64,000 nucleotides of DNA from an uncultured delta proteobacterium (GCA_963803435.1 CAWDML010000008.1:96001-160000); one strand, 5' to 3'. Counted from the first letter of the stretch, positions 53,151 to 61,615 are shown. Program-made: numbers and translations. Notes: generated by a model not told the origin, from the sequence alone.

Positions 53151-53188
53151 AAAAGGCGAAAGCCCCAGGCTTGGTCGAAGCCTGGGGC
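53151..53188 (-). terminator. Rho-independent terminator (possibly bidirectional)
   Basis: Perfect 11-bp stem GCCCCAGGCTT-CGACC-AAGCCTGGGGC followed by TTTCGCCTTTT on the - strand. Confidence 0.85.
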
Positions 53189-53390
53189 GCACGTCGTATT
53201 CGATTTGAGGTTTCGGGACGCGTCCTGCGTGCCGCAAAAACCTGTGCGCCTCCTGGCGCTTGCGCCTCCTGGCTCGCCTCGCTGCTCTCCCCGTCCTTTG
53301 GGTGGCCGTCCTGGCCTCGATCGTCGTCCTGACTCGCCTCGTCGTCTCTGGAGTCCGTCCTAGACTCCACCAAGCCCGTCCTAGGCTCGG
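53151..53390 (-). ncRNA. CsrB/RsmZ-like multi-GGA RNA (3' tail of the upstream ORF)
   Basis: Eight AGGA motifs, each in a short hairpin loop, followed by an intrinsic terminator. Confidence 0.7.
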
Positions 53391-53728
53391 ATCGGACCGG
53401 CCTGAAGCCGGAAGTCCAAGTTGTTGGCCATCGGCGTGAACTGCTCACCAACGCTTCGAGCAGCCCGGTTTCGCCCGTTGCCGGTCCCCGCCACCAGGTT
53501 GCTCTCCGTCGGATCCACGGTCTCCTGCTGAATCTGCTCCAGCTGGTGCATCCGCATCGAGTTCACGCGCGCAATGTCGTTGTCCGTGTACTCTGCCAGC
53601 CGCTTCTGATTGTCGGTCTCGAACAGGCTTCCGAACTTCGAGCGGAAATCCCCAGTCGAGGCGTCCATCGCGTAGGCCCGCGTGGCCGAACCGTTCAAAT
53701 CAAACAGGCTTGCAAGTGAAAGCGTCAT
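53381..53728 (-). CDS. Orphan 115-aa protein
   Basis: GGAGGT RBS before ATG 53728; N/Q/S/T-rich and visibly lower GC than neighbours. Confidence 0.7.
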   Translation of the reverse strand: MTLSLASLFDLNGSATRAYAMDASTGDFRSKFGSLFETDNQKRLAEYTDNDIARVNSMRMHQLEQIQQETVDPTESNLVAGTGNGRNRAARSVGEQFTPMANNLDFRLQAGPIRA

Positions 53729-53754
53729 TGCTTTTGACCTCCGAGACAAACCAG

Positions 53755-53781
53755 TTATCGGAGGGCCGCAGCAGGTGTTGC
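53755..53781 (-). promoter_or_regulatory. Candidate sigma28 (FliA)-type promoter
   Basis: GCAA-N15-TCCGATAA on the - strand, 26 nt upstream of ATG 53728. Confidence 0.55.
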
Positions 53782-53880
53782 GGAAAAAAAGACAGACCTC
53801 TGAGTGAGCGCATGTAGGTATCGGCATACAGAGTGCGCTGTTGCGTACAAATTTCGGGGGTGACTTTGGCAGGCGCTCGA

Positions 53881-53896
53881 TTGATTCATCAGTCAA
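53881..53896. promoter_or_regulatory. Probable TetR operator
   Basis: Imperfect palindrome TTGATTCATCAGTCAA immediately before the TetR ATG. Confidence 0.55.
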
Positions 53897-53898
53897 CG

Positions 53899-54528
53899 AT
53901 GTCCGACGTCGTCGCGAAGCGCGCCGCCAGCCCGGAGGTCGCCGCCGACCGCAAGAAACAGATCCTGAAGGCGGCGGTCGAGGTGTTCGCGGAGCGGGGC
54001 TTTCACAGGACCCGGGTCTCGGACATCGCGAAGCGGGCGGGCGTCGCGTACGGCCTCATCTACCACTACTTCGACAGCAAGGACGACGTCCTCAACTCGC
54101 TGTTCGAGTCGAACTGGTCCGTCTTCCTGAAGGTCCTACGCGATCTGGCCGACAACCGCGACCTCGAGGCCCCGAAGAAGCTCGAGGCGATCGGCGTCCT
54201 CTTGATCGATGCGCTCCAGGTCGCCCCCAACATCATCCAGGTGATCATCCAGGAGGTCTCGCGCTCGGACCGCTTCGTGCACCCCAACAAGGTCAGCGCG
54301 TTCAACGATGCCTTCGAGGTGGTCCAGGAGATCATCGAGCAGGGAAAGGCTGCGGGAACGATCAAGGCGATCGTCGAGCCGACCGTCGGGGCGTACATCT
54401 TCTTCGGCGCGATCGAGACCGTCTGCACCGGCTTCACGCTCGGCGCGATCAAGTGCAGCACCAAGGAGGAGGCGGAGACCGTGAAGGCGACGTTCCGCGA
54501 GATCCTTCTGGAAGGACTCAAGGCATGA
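53899..54528 (+). CDS. TetR/AcrR family regulator
   Basis: ILKAAVEVFAERGFHRTRVSDIAKRAGVAYGLIYHYFDSKDD. Confidence 0.95.
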   Translation: MSDVVAKRAASPEVAADRKKQILKAAVEVFAERGFHRTRVSDIAKRAGVAYGLIYHYFDSKDDVLNSLFESNWSVFLKVLRDLADNRDLEAPKKLEAIGVLLIDALQVAPNIIQVIIQEVSRSDRFVHPNKVSAFNDAFEVVQEIIEQGKAAGTIKAIVEPTVGAYIFFGAIETVCTGFTLGAIKCSTKEEAETVKATFREILLEGLKA

Positions 54529-55310
54529 GCGAGTACACCACGATCCTCTATCAGAGCGAGGGCCGGATCATCCGGGTCACCCTCAACCGCCCCGAGAAGG
54601 CGAACGCGCTCAACGACACCATGCTCGCCGAGCTCACGGACGCCTTCGACCGCGCCGACCGCGATCAGGACGCCTGCGTGATCGTGCTGCGCGGCGCCGG
54701 CGAGAAGGCGTTCTGCGCCGGCGCCGATCTCAGCGGGATGTCGGGCGGAGAGAGCTTCCTCGAGATCCACGAGGCCCGCGGCCTGTTCCCGGCGCTGTTC
54801 GTGAAGATCCTCAACCACTCGAAGCCGACCCTGTGTGCCGTCAACGGACACTGCGTCGCCGGGGGGCTGGGCTTGATGCTCGCCTGCGATCTCGCGATCG
54901 CCAAGTCCGGCGCGAAGATGGGCACGCCCGAGATCGCGCGAGGCCTCTTCCCGTTCATGATCTCGGCGTTGATCCTCCGCACCGTCGATCGCAGGAAGGC
55001 GAACGAGATGATGCTGCTGGGCGAGACGTTCAGCACCGAGCAGGCGGCCGAGTGGGGCCTGGTCAACAAGACGGTGCCGGCCGAGGACTTCGACGCGGCG
55101 GTCGAAGCCTGGGCCGCCAAGCTCGGCGGCTACTCGCCCGCGGTGCTACGCCTGGGGCGACGGGCGCTGATCCAGCAGGAGGGCATGCCGATCGAAGGCG
55201 CGCTCGCCCACCTGCAGGGGCTCATCACGATCAACTCGATGCTCGAGGATGCCGCCGAGGGCATCGCTGCTTTCTTCGAGAAGCGCGAACCCATGTTCAA
55301 GGGGAGATGA
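54525..55310 (+). CDS. Enoyl-CoA hydratase/isomerase (crotonase)
   Basis: LNRPEKANAL, AFCAGADL, VNGHCVAGGLGL..ACD, PEI.RGL, EGIAAFFEKREP.FKG. Confidence 0.93.
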   Translation: MSEYTTILYQSEGRIIRVTLNRPEKANALNDTMLAELTDAFDRADRDQDACVIVLRGAGEKAFCAGADLSGMSGGESFLEIHEARGLFPALFVKILNHSKPTLCAVNGHCVAGGLGLMLACDLAIAKSGAKMGTPEIARGLFPFMISALILRTVDRRKANEMMLLGETFSTEQAAEWGLVNKTVPAEDFDAAVEAWAAKLGGYSPAVLRLGRRALIQQEGMPIEGALAHLQGLITINSMLEDAAEGIAAFFEKREPMFKGR

Positions 55311-55314
55311 AGTC

Positions 55315-56184
55315 ATGCCGATGCGAGACGACAAAGTGGTGATCACCTGCGCCCTCACCGGGGTCCTGGCCAACCGCGATCAGTGCCCATGGGTGCCGTA
55401 CACACCGGAGGAGATCGCGGACGAGGCCAAGCGCGCCTACGACGCCGGTGCCACCGTGGTGCACATCCACGCCCGCGATCCGGCGAGCGGAGGCCCCTCG
55501 TACGATCCCTCGGTCTACGCGGCGATCGCACGCGAGATCCGGAAGCGCTGTCCGTTGATCCTGAACTTCTCCACGGGCGCCGTCGGGATCACGCCGGAGC
55601 AGAAGATCGCGCCGGTCCTCGAAGTGAAGCCGGAGATCGCGGCGCTCAACATGGGCTCGATGAACTACGCGAAGTACAGCGCGCGCCGGAAGGACTTCGT
55701 CTTCGACATGGTCTTCGAGAACACGTTCGGGGAGATCCGCTCGCTGCTGAAGAGCATGAACGAGGTCGGAACGAAGCCGGAGCTCGAGTGCTTCGACAGC
55801 GGGCACACCAACTCGATCTGGCCGTTGATCGACATGGGCATGCTGAAGGAGCCGATCCAGTTCAGCTTCATCATGGGCGTGATGGGCGGGATCCCGGCCA
55901 CCGTGGACGCGCTCTCGTTCCAGTCCAAGCAGATCCCGAAGAGCTCCACCTGGGAGGTCATCGGCATCAGCCACGAGCAGTGGCGCCTGATCGCGGGCGC
56001 GCTGGCGCTCGGCGGGAACGTGCGGGTCGGGCTCGAGGACAACTTCTACGTGGCACCCGGCAAGATGGCGAAGTCGAACGGCGAGCTGGTGGAGAAGGCG
56101 GCGCGCATGGCCCGGGATACCGGCCGCGAGCCGGCCAACATCGACGAGGCGCGGGCGATCTTGTCGGTGGCACCTGTGCACTGA
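55315..56184 (+). CDS. Beta-keto acid cleavage enzyme (BKACE/DUF849)
   Basis: ITCALTG, PYTPEEI, HIHARD, NMGSMN, KPELECFD, GGNVRVGLEDN. Confidence 0.92.
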   Translation: MPMRDDKVVITCALTGVLANRDQCPWVPYTPEEIADEAKRAYDAGATVVHIHARDPASGGPSYDPSVYAAIAREIRKRCPLILNFSTGAVGITPEQKIAPVLEVKPEIAALNMGSMNYAKYSARRKDFVFDMVFENTFGEIRSLLKSMNEVGTKPELECFDSGHTNSIWPLIDMGMLKEPIQFSFIMGVMGGIPATVDALSFQSKQIPKSSTWEVIGISHEQWRLIAGALALGGNVRVGLEDNFYVAPGKMAKSNGELVEKAARMARDTGREPANIDEARAILSVAPVH

Positions 56185-56219
56185 ATGTAGTTATACATCC
56201 TAGGATTCAGTATATTTGA

Positions 56220-56246
56220 GCAACACTTCGGCCAGCGCACCGATAA
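56220..56246 (+). promoter_or_regulatory. Candidate sigma28 (FliA)-type promoter
   Basis: GCAA-N15-ACCGATAA; shares GCAACAC and CCGATAA at identical spacing with the 53755-53781 element. Confidence 0.55.
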
Positions 56247-56253
56247 GCAGGTT

Positions 56254-56341
56254 GGAGGGAAGCGAAGCCTCCCTTTCCTCGTCCCCGACACGCCCGGCCG
56301 GGGTGTTCGCCCCCCCGCCTCGCCCCGGCCGGGCACTTTTG
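56254..56341 (+). ncRNA. Candidate sRNA of about 90 nt with a C-rich terminator loop
   Basis: Promoter-like element upstream; GGAGG/CCTCC hairpin; 14-bp stem 56292-56334 with a C7 loop, then ACTTTT; no ORF. Confidence 0.55.
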
Positions 56342-56408
56342 AAGATCCCCTGTTCAAACGCCCTCTCGCCCGTTTCGGGCCGTGATCCGTGATCGGCCGT
56401 GGGAGCCG

Positions 56409-57209
56409 TTAGGGGGTGCGGTTGCAGCGCGCCATTCCGGCATGGGCGCGGGTGGCGATGCGGGGCTCGACGCCGCGGGCCAGGGCCGTCTCGAAGTCTT
56501 CCATCGCCTCCGAGCAGCGTCCGGATTGGGCGCGGAGCTCTCCGCGGAGCACGGTGAGCTCCAGGGCGCGCGGGTGCGTGTCGAGCGGCGTGCGGTCGAG
56601 GAGGGCGAGGGCCTCGGGCGCGCGGTCGAGCGCGATGAGCGCGGAGATCTGGGTCAGGAGGGCTTCGCGGTAGAGCAGGCCGCTCGGATAGGTCTCGCGG
56701 TAGGCCGCCAGGCGGGTGAGGGCGTCTTCGGCGCGGCCTTCGCGCAGGGCCGTCACGGCCGCCTTGATGACCTCCGACTCGAGGGCGAGGGGGCTCGGAT
56801 CGACGGCCGTCGTCCGGGGCGCCTTGGCCGTCCGGCGGATCGGTGGCGGCGGGGGCGGCGCAGCGGGGATCGGCGCGGGCGTCGCCGTCGGGGGCGGCGG
56901 GGGCGGCGCGACGCGCGGGGGCGTGGGCATCGTTTGCGGAGGCGGGGCCTCGGCCACGGGCGGAGGCGCGGTCCATGACCCGATCACCAGCGTTGCGGCC
57001 ATCGCGCCGCCGGCGAAGAGAAGCACCACGGCCAGCGCTGCCAGCAGGGGGACGGGGCGGCGGGTGGGCCTCCGGCCTTCGTTCTGCAAGACCGCCTGCA
57101 CCCGGGACGCGAGCGCGTCGGTGGGCGTCGCCGTGCGGACGCTGCGGAGGAGCTCGCCCGCCCTCGACTCGGGGCTGCCGTCGTCTCCGTGGTCCCGCCA
57201 GCGCTTCAT
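56409..57209 (-). CDS. Anti-sigma-like membrane protein with C-terminal TPR
   Basis: Coupled to the ECF sigma gene; single TM; Pro-rich linker; LALE......A..ALREG....AL..L..Y...YPSG.L..EA. Confidence 0.75.
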   Translation of the reverse strand: MKRWRDHGDDGSPESRAGELLRSVRTATPTDALASRVQAVLQNEGRRPTRRPVPLLAALAVVLLFAGGAMAATLVIGSWTAPPPVAEAPPPQTMPTPPRVAPPPPPPTATPAPIPAAPPPPPPIRRTAKAPRTTAVDPSPLALESEVIKAAVTALREGRAEDALTRLAAYRETYPSGLLYREALLTQISALIALDRAPEALALLDRTPLDTHPRALELTVLRGELRAQSGRCSEAMEDFETALARGVEPRIATRAHAGMARCNRTP

Positions 57210-57784
57210 CGGCCCTCCAGCCTCTGCATGCGCTCGAGGAACAGCTTGCGGGCGCGGTGCAGCTGGACCCAGACCGTCGCCTCCTTGACCTGCAGTCGCT
57301 CGGCGATCTCGCGGCCGTCCAGGCCCTCGAGCTCGAACAGGATGAGCACGACGCGATACTTCTCCTTCATGCCGTCGAGGACCCGGTAGACGAGCCGCTG
57401 GCGCTCGCGCCGCTCCGCCTCCTCGAGCGGGGTCGGCCCGGGCCCCGGGACCCGGTCGATCTCCTCGGTGTCGCCGGGCAGGAAAAGCTTACGGATCCGG
57501 GCGCGCCGCCGCTGGTTGCGGACCACGTTGCGCGCGATGCCGTAGAGCCAGGTGGAGGGCTTCGCCTCACCCCGGAACGAGTCGAGGCGCCGGCAGGCGA
57601 CGACGAAGACCTCCTGGACCAGATCCTCGACCTCCGGGCCGGGGCCCGACAGGTACGAGACCCAGCGACAGACCTCCTGAAAGTACCGGCGATACAGGAG
57701 CGCCGGCGTCAGAACCTCCGCCTCGTCGAGAGCGCCGACCGTGCCTGCATTCTCCCGACGGGCGACCGCCACGGCGATCAGCAT
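57206..57784 (-). CDS. ECF RNA polymerase sigma factor
   Basis: EDLVQEVF, STWLYGIARN, LFELEGL...EIAERL.....TV..QLHRARK. Confidence 0.93.
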   Translation of the reverse strand: MLIAVAVARRENAGTVGALDEAEVLTPALLYRRYFQEVCRWVSYLSGPGPEVEDLVQEVFVVACRRLDSFRGEAKPSTWLYGIARNVVRNQRRRARIRKLFLPGDTEEIDRVPGPGPTPLEEAERRERQRLVYRVLDGMKEKYRVVLILFELEGLDGREIAERLQVKEATVWVQLHRARKLFLERMQRLEGR

Positions 57785-57790
57785 ACTCGA

Positions 57791-60700
57791 TCACTGCGCC
57801 GCGTGCGCCCCGTCGATCTGGATGGGAATGATCAACCGATTGCGGCTCGCTTGAAGGATCTCTTGGGCGGACTCACGGAAGGCCGCGAACGCGGTGGGGG
57901 AGAGGCGCGCCTGCGGCGTCGCGTGATCGACGATCAGCGTGGCGACTTTCGACTCGGCGTTCCAGTTGAACTGTTGCTCGAACACGCCCCAGTCGGCGCC
58001 GCGATGGAAGGAGCGCGGCGACTCGAGGGGGACGCCGGCGCTCCTCGGGAAGTGGAGCGTGACGACCATGCGCTCGGCGAGCTCGGTGAGCGCCAGGGGT
58101 GATCGTCGGTTGGGGACTCGGAGATAGCTGCCAAGGGTGGGGAGCCCCAGCGACACCTGAGCCAGCGGCGCCTCGAAGAGCTGCTCCGCGACCAGCGCCG
58201 AACCGTCGCGCACCATGAAGTGCCCGACCAGGATGTCGGCCTCCAGCACCAGCGGAGCCGGCGCGGGCTGGTCGCTGGTCTTGGTCTCGAGCAGGCGCGC
58301 GCCCGGGATGACGGTGCCGATCCAGCCCTGGAAGTGCCGCATGATCTCGTCCTTGCGGGCGCGCTGGACGAAGTCGCGCAGCTCGGCGCCGAACGTGCCC
58401 GGCAGTCGCATCACTACCTTTCCCTTGGCGGTCCCGTTGTCGTCGATCGTGAGGTCGACCTCGCTCTCGAGAGGCCAGCGTTCGATCTCGTCGTCGCGCA
58501 CCGGGATGGGGTGAAGCTTCGGCGGGGGTTCCGCCAGCAGGTAGTGACCGTTGCGCATCGAGGGCGGCAGAAGGCCCAGCCAGGGCGTGTCCGTGTCCAC
58601 CCGGGCCCAGCGGCGTTGATCGCCCCACTCGATTCGTACGAACCGCAAGTTGTATTGCGCGGGATTGGGATAGGTGTGCTCCAGCTGGGACGAGGTCCCG
58701 GCCCGAGCCAGCGCGATCTGGGCGTCGAACCCGGCGGCCCGCAGCATCGCGGTCAGCAGGCCGGTGCGCTCGCCGCGCCGGGTGGCGAGCACCTGATCGA
58801 CGTCGGCGGTCCCGCCGAGCCCGACCTCGGAGGTGACCCACGAGAAGATGCGATCCAGCTCCTCCTCGGGCGCATCGACGCCGGCGATGATCTCCTCCAC
58901 CTGCTTCCGCACCGAGAAGGAGAGACGCGCCGCTTCGGGGATGCCGAGCACGTTCGTGCGGTTCGCCAGCTCGTTGTCGATGTCGGCCGCGACCACCACG
59001 AACGGGATGTACTCGTCGTAGGGGACCGCGTGGGGCTCGGGCTCGAACGGCTCCACGTCGTCCTGCTGCCAGAGATAGATCGTCCGATCGGGGAGCTCGT
59101 GCGTCACCGGGAGCGGGGCGCCGTTGTAGCTCTGTGACCAGAGCTTGACGCCCTTGGGCACGATCACCACCAGGTCGGTGCGGACGATGGGCGAGGTGCT
59201 CTTGAAGTAGAACCGCCTGAGATAGCCGCCCCACGGCGTGGCCGGCTCGTCGATCACCAGCCACTTCCGCTCGACGGCGTCCCCGGGCGCCAGGCCGCTG
59301 TAGGAGAGATCGTCCTTGCCGGAGTGCCGGTCGGCCTCGAAGGTCCGGCCGTCGGGCTTGAGCGTGCGGAGCGCCAGCGTCAGCGCGTCGGAGGGTGGGT
59401 TGATCTCTCCGGCGGTATCCGTCGCCTCCTTGGTCTGGAGCCGCGAGATCGAGTGGCGCAGCGAGAGCGCGTGTCCGTCGGGGCGGATCCGATCGATCAC
59501 GCGATCGAGGAGCAACACGCTCTTGTGGTTCGCCCAGCGATCACCCGGATCGAGGCCGCGCGGGGTTCGCGTGCCCGGGACGTTCTCGATCAGCGGCATC
59601 ACGTCGAACGCGAGCGCCTTGGCGACCCAGGGATCCGGATCCAGCAGCGCGAGATCGCTCTCGTCGAGCCCGGCCACTCCGGCCTCCATCCGGATCGTGC
59701 TCTCGCCGAGCGCCTGCAGGCGCGCCAGGATCCGGCGGGCGCTGCGCGCGTCCTTCTTCGCGAGGTACGCGTGCAGCAAGGTCTTCAGCGCAGCACTCGC
59801 CAGAGGGTCGTCCTCCACCGCCCGCTGCGCCAGCGCGATCGCCGGATCGATCCGCCCGCGCCCGAGCTCGAGGTCCGCAGCGCGCGCCAGCTCGTCCGCG
59901 GGCTCGTCCGACAGCTCCGCGGCGCGCAGGTAACCGGCGATCGCGGCGTCGAGATCGCCGCGGGCCTGGGCGTGTGCCGCGATGGTCTCCTGCTGGTCCC
60001 GATCCGGCAGCGCCTCGGTGCGCTTCTCGAGCGCGGCGGCGGCGCCCACGCGCTGAATGCCCCGGTAGAACTGCGCCCCCTCCACCAGGAGCGAGGGCGT
60101 GGGCTCCTTGCCCAGGGCCGTCTCCAGGTTCTGGGCCGCCTCGGCGTTCCAGCCCCGCTGGCGGGCCAGGCGGAAGGCGAGCTGGTAGGGCCCGGCGGCG
60201 TCGGGGGCGGCGCGCTTGGCCTGCTCGATCAGCGCCTCGGCGTCGTCGGGGCTGTCCTTCAGGACCATCTGCGCCAGCGCCAGCAGGGCAGAGGGATAGG
60301 TCGGATCGAGGTCGAGGGCCTGGCGCAAGGCAGCTTGCGAGAGCCCCTCCGGCATCCCCGACCAGATCATCAGGCGCGCCCGCGAAACCTGCACCACGGC
60401 CGACCGAGGGGCGGCCATCTCGGTGCCGTCCAGCAGCTCACGGGCCAGCTCGATGTCGTCGATCCAGTAGGAGAGGGCGACCAGCGTCCCCAGCACGCGC
60501 CCGACCAGCGCGCGGTCGGGATCGAAGGTCAGCTGGCGCACCAACGTCAGCGCGCCCCCGTCGCTGAACGGCGTCGTCGAGAGCGAGGCCACCGCGCTCG
60601 TTCCCAACGGACCGGGCGCCTTCGTCTTCTGGTCGATGACCGCGCGCCGGCCCTCCCAGGTCAGCACCGACAAGCTCGGCCGGGTGTTCTGATACGCGTG

Positions 60701-61615
60701 CACCGTCAGCTCTGCGCAGTGCCAGCCGGGCGAGGCGCGAACGAGCGCTCGCATCATCGAAGGCTCGCGCACGGTGGTGAGCGATCGCTGGAGCACCGGG
60801 TTCCCGTCGATCGTGAGCCGCGCGGCCGCAGGCAGGTGGGCCTCGATCGCGAGGGGCGCCAGGGCGGTCTCGGCGCTGATCTCGAAGCAGCCGTCGAGCG
60901 TGTAGACGCCGGGATCGTCCCCGGACGTCACCGGGAGTCGGCGGTTGATGCTGTGCACGGCCCGGCGGGGCGGCACCATCCCTCGGAACGTCGGGGGCGG
61001 CGCGTCGAAGAAGGTGTCGTTGACCGGGGCCAGCGGACCGTGGCGGTCGAACACCGTCAACCAGCCGCCGCGGGTCAGGAGCTTTTTCGTCTCTTCTCGA
61101 TCGAGGACCTCCAGCCGGAGCGCGATCGCAGTGGCGAGCGCGACGTGCGAGGGGGGCGCGGCGGTGTCCGAGAGCAGGCCGGACCGCTCGAGGGCCGCCC
61201 GGATCCGATCCTCACCCATGCTGTTCTCGGTCAGCCAGTCGTAGAGGATGATCATCGCGATCTCGGACTCGCCGCTTCGAGGTGCGCCCTCGATCACGGC
61301 CAGCAGATCGTCGAGCCCGGCGCTCTTGTCGATCTCGGCGAGGTCGAGCAGCCCGCGCACGAGGTGGAGGAGCTCGGGGGCGGCCGGGGCCTCCAGCCCA
61401 CGGTCGAGCAAGCGGCGGGCGAGCGCGCGATCGTTGCCCATCAGCCAGGCGACCTCGGCACCGAGCAAGGGGTCCTCGAGGTTCGCGGCGATCGAGCGTG
61501 CCTCCTCCGGAGATCGGGCCGGCAAGAGCGCGGGATAGCGAGGCTCGAAGCCGGGCCCGGTCGTCCGGCAGCCGGCAAGGATCAGGAGCAGTACCAGCAG
61601 GCGTCGCGGCTTCAC
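57791..61615 (-). CDS. Large TPR + DUF3857 + transglutaminase-like lipoprotein (no obvious catalytic Cys)
   Basis: Lipobox LAGC; TPR-like helices; RTLKPDG...L.PGD.VE (DUF3857); VLATRRGERTGLL.AMLRAAG. Confidence 0.75.
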   Translation of the reverse strand: MKPRRLLVLLLILAGCRTTGPGFEPRYPALLPARSPEEARSIAANLEDPLLGAEVAWLMGNDRALARRLLDRGLEAPAAPELLHLVRGLLDLAEIDKSAGLDDLLAVIEGAPRSGESEIAMIILYDWLTENSMGEDRIRAALERSGLLSDTAAPPSHVALATAIALRLEVLDREETKKLLTRGGWLTVFDRHGPLAPVNDTFFDAPPPTFRGMVPPRRAVHSINRRLPVTSGDDPGVYTLDGCFEISAETALAPLAIEAHLPAAARLTIDGNPVLQRSLTTVREPSMMRALVRASPGWHCAELTVHAYQNTRPSLSVLTWEGRRAVIDQKTKAPGPLGTSAVASLSTTPFSDGGALTLVRQLTFDPDRALVGRVLGTLVALSYWIDDIELARELLDGTEMAAPRSAVVQVSRARLMIWSGMPEGLSQAALRQALDLDPTYPSALLALAQMVLKDSPDDAEALIEQAKRAAPDAAGPYQLAFRLARQRGWNAEAAQNLETALGKEPTPSLLVEGAQFYRGIQRVGAAAALEKRTEALPDRDQQETIAAHAQARGDLDAAIAGYLRAAELSDEPADELARAADLELGRGRIDPAIALAQRAVEDDPLASAALKTLLHAYLAKKDARSARRILARLQALGESTIRMEAGVAGLDESDLALLDPDPWVAKALAFDVMPLIENVPGTRTPRGLDPGDRWANHKSVLLLDRVIDRIRPDGHALSLRHSISRLQTKEATDTAGEINPPSDALTLALRTLKPDGRTFEADRHSGKDDLSYSGLAPGDAVERKWLVIDEPATPWGGYLRRFYFKSTSPIVRTDLVVIVPKGVKLWSQSYNGAPLPVTHELPDRTIYLWQQDDVEPFEPEPHAVPYDEYIPFVVVAADIDNELANRTNVLGIPEAARLSFSVRKQVEEIIAGVDAPEEELDRIFSWVTSEVGLGGTADVDQVLATRRGERTGLLTAMLRAAGFDAQIALARAGTSSQLEHTYPNPAQYNLRFVRIEWGDQRRWARVDTDTPWLGLLPPSMRNGHYLLAEPPPKLHPIPVRDDEIERWPLESEVDLTIDDNGTAKGKVVMRLPGTFGAELRDFVQRARKDEIMRHFQGWIGTVIPGARLLETKTSDQPAPAPLVLEADILVGHFMVRDGSALVAEQLFEAPLAQVSLGLPTLGSYLRVPNRRSPLALTELAERMVVTLHFPRSAGVPLESPRSFHRGADWGVFEQQFNWNAESKVATLIVDHATPQARLSPTAFAAFRESAQEILQASRNRLIIPIQIDGAHAAQ

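Noticed and set aside
53220-53390. CRISPR array or VNTR interpretation of the GTCCT/CTCCT repeats
   Set aside because: The conserved core is only 5-7 nt, spacing is irregular (15-31 nt), flanks are self-complementary stems and no cas genes are present; an RNA hairpin array fits better
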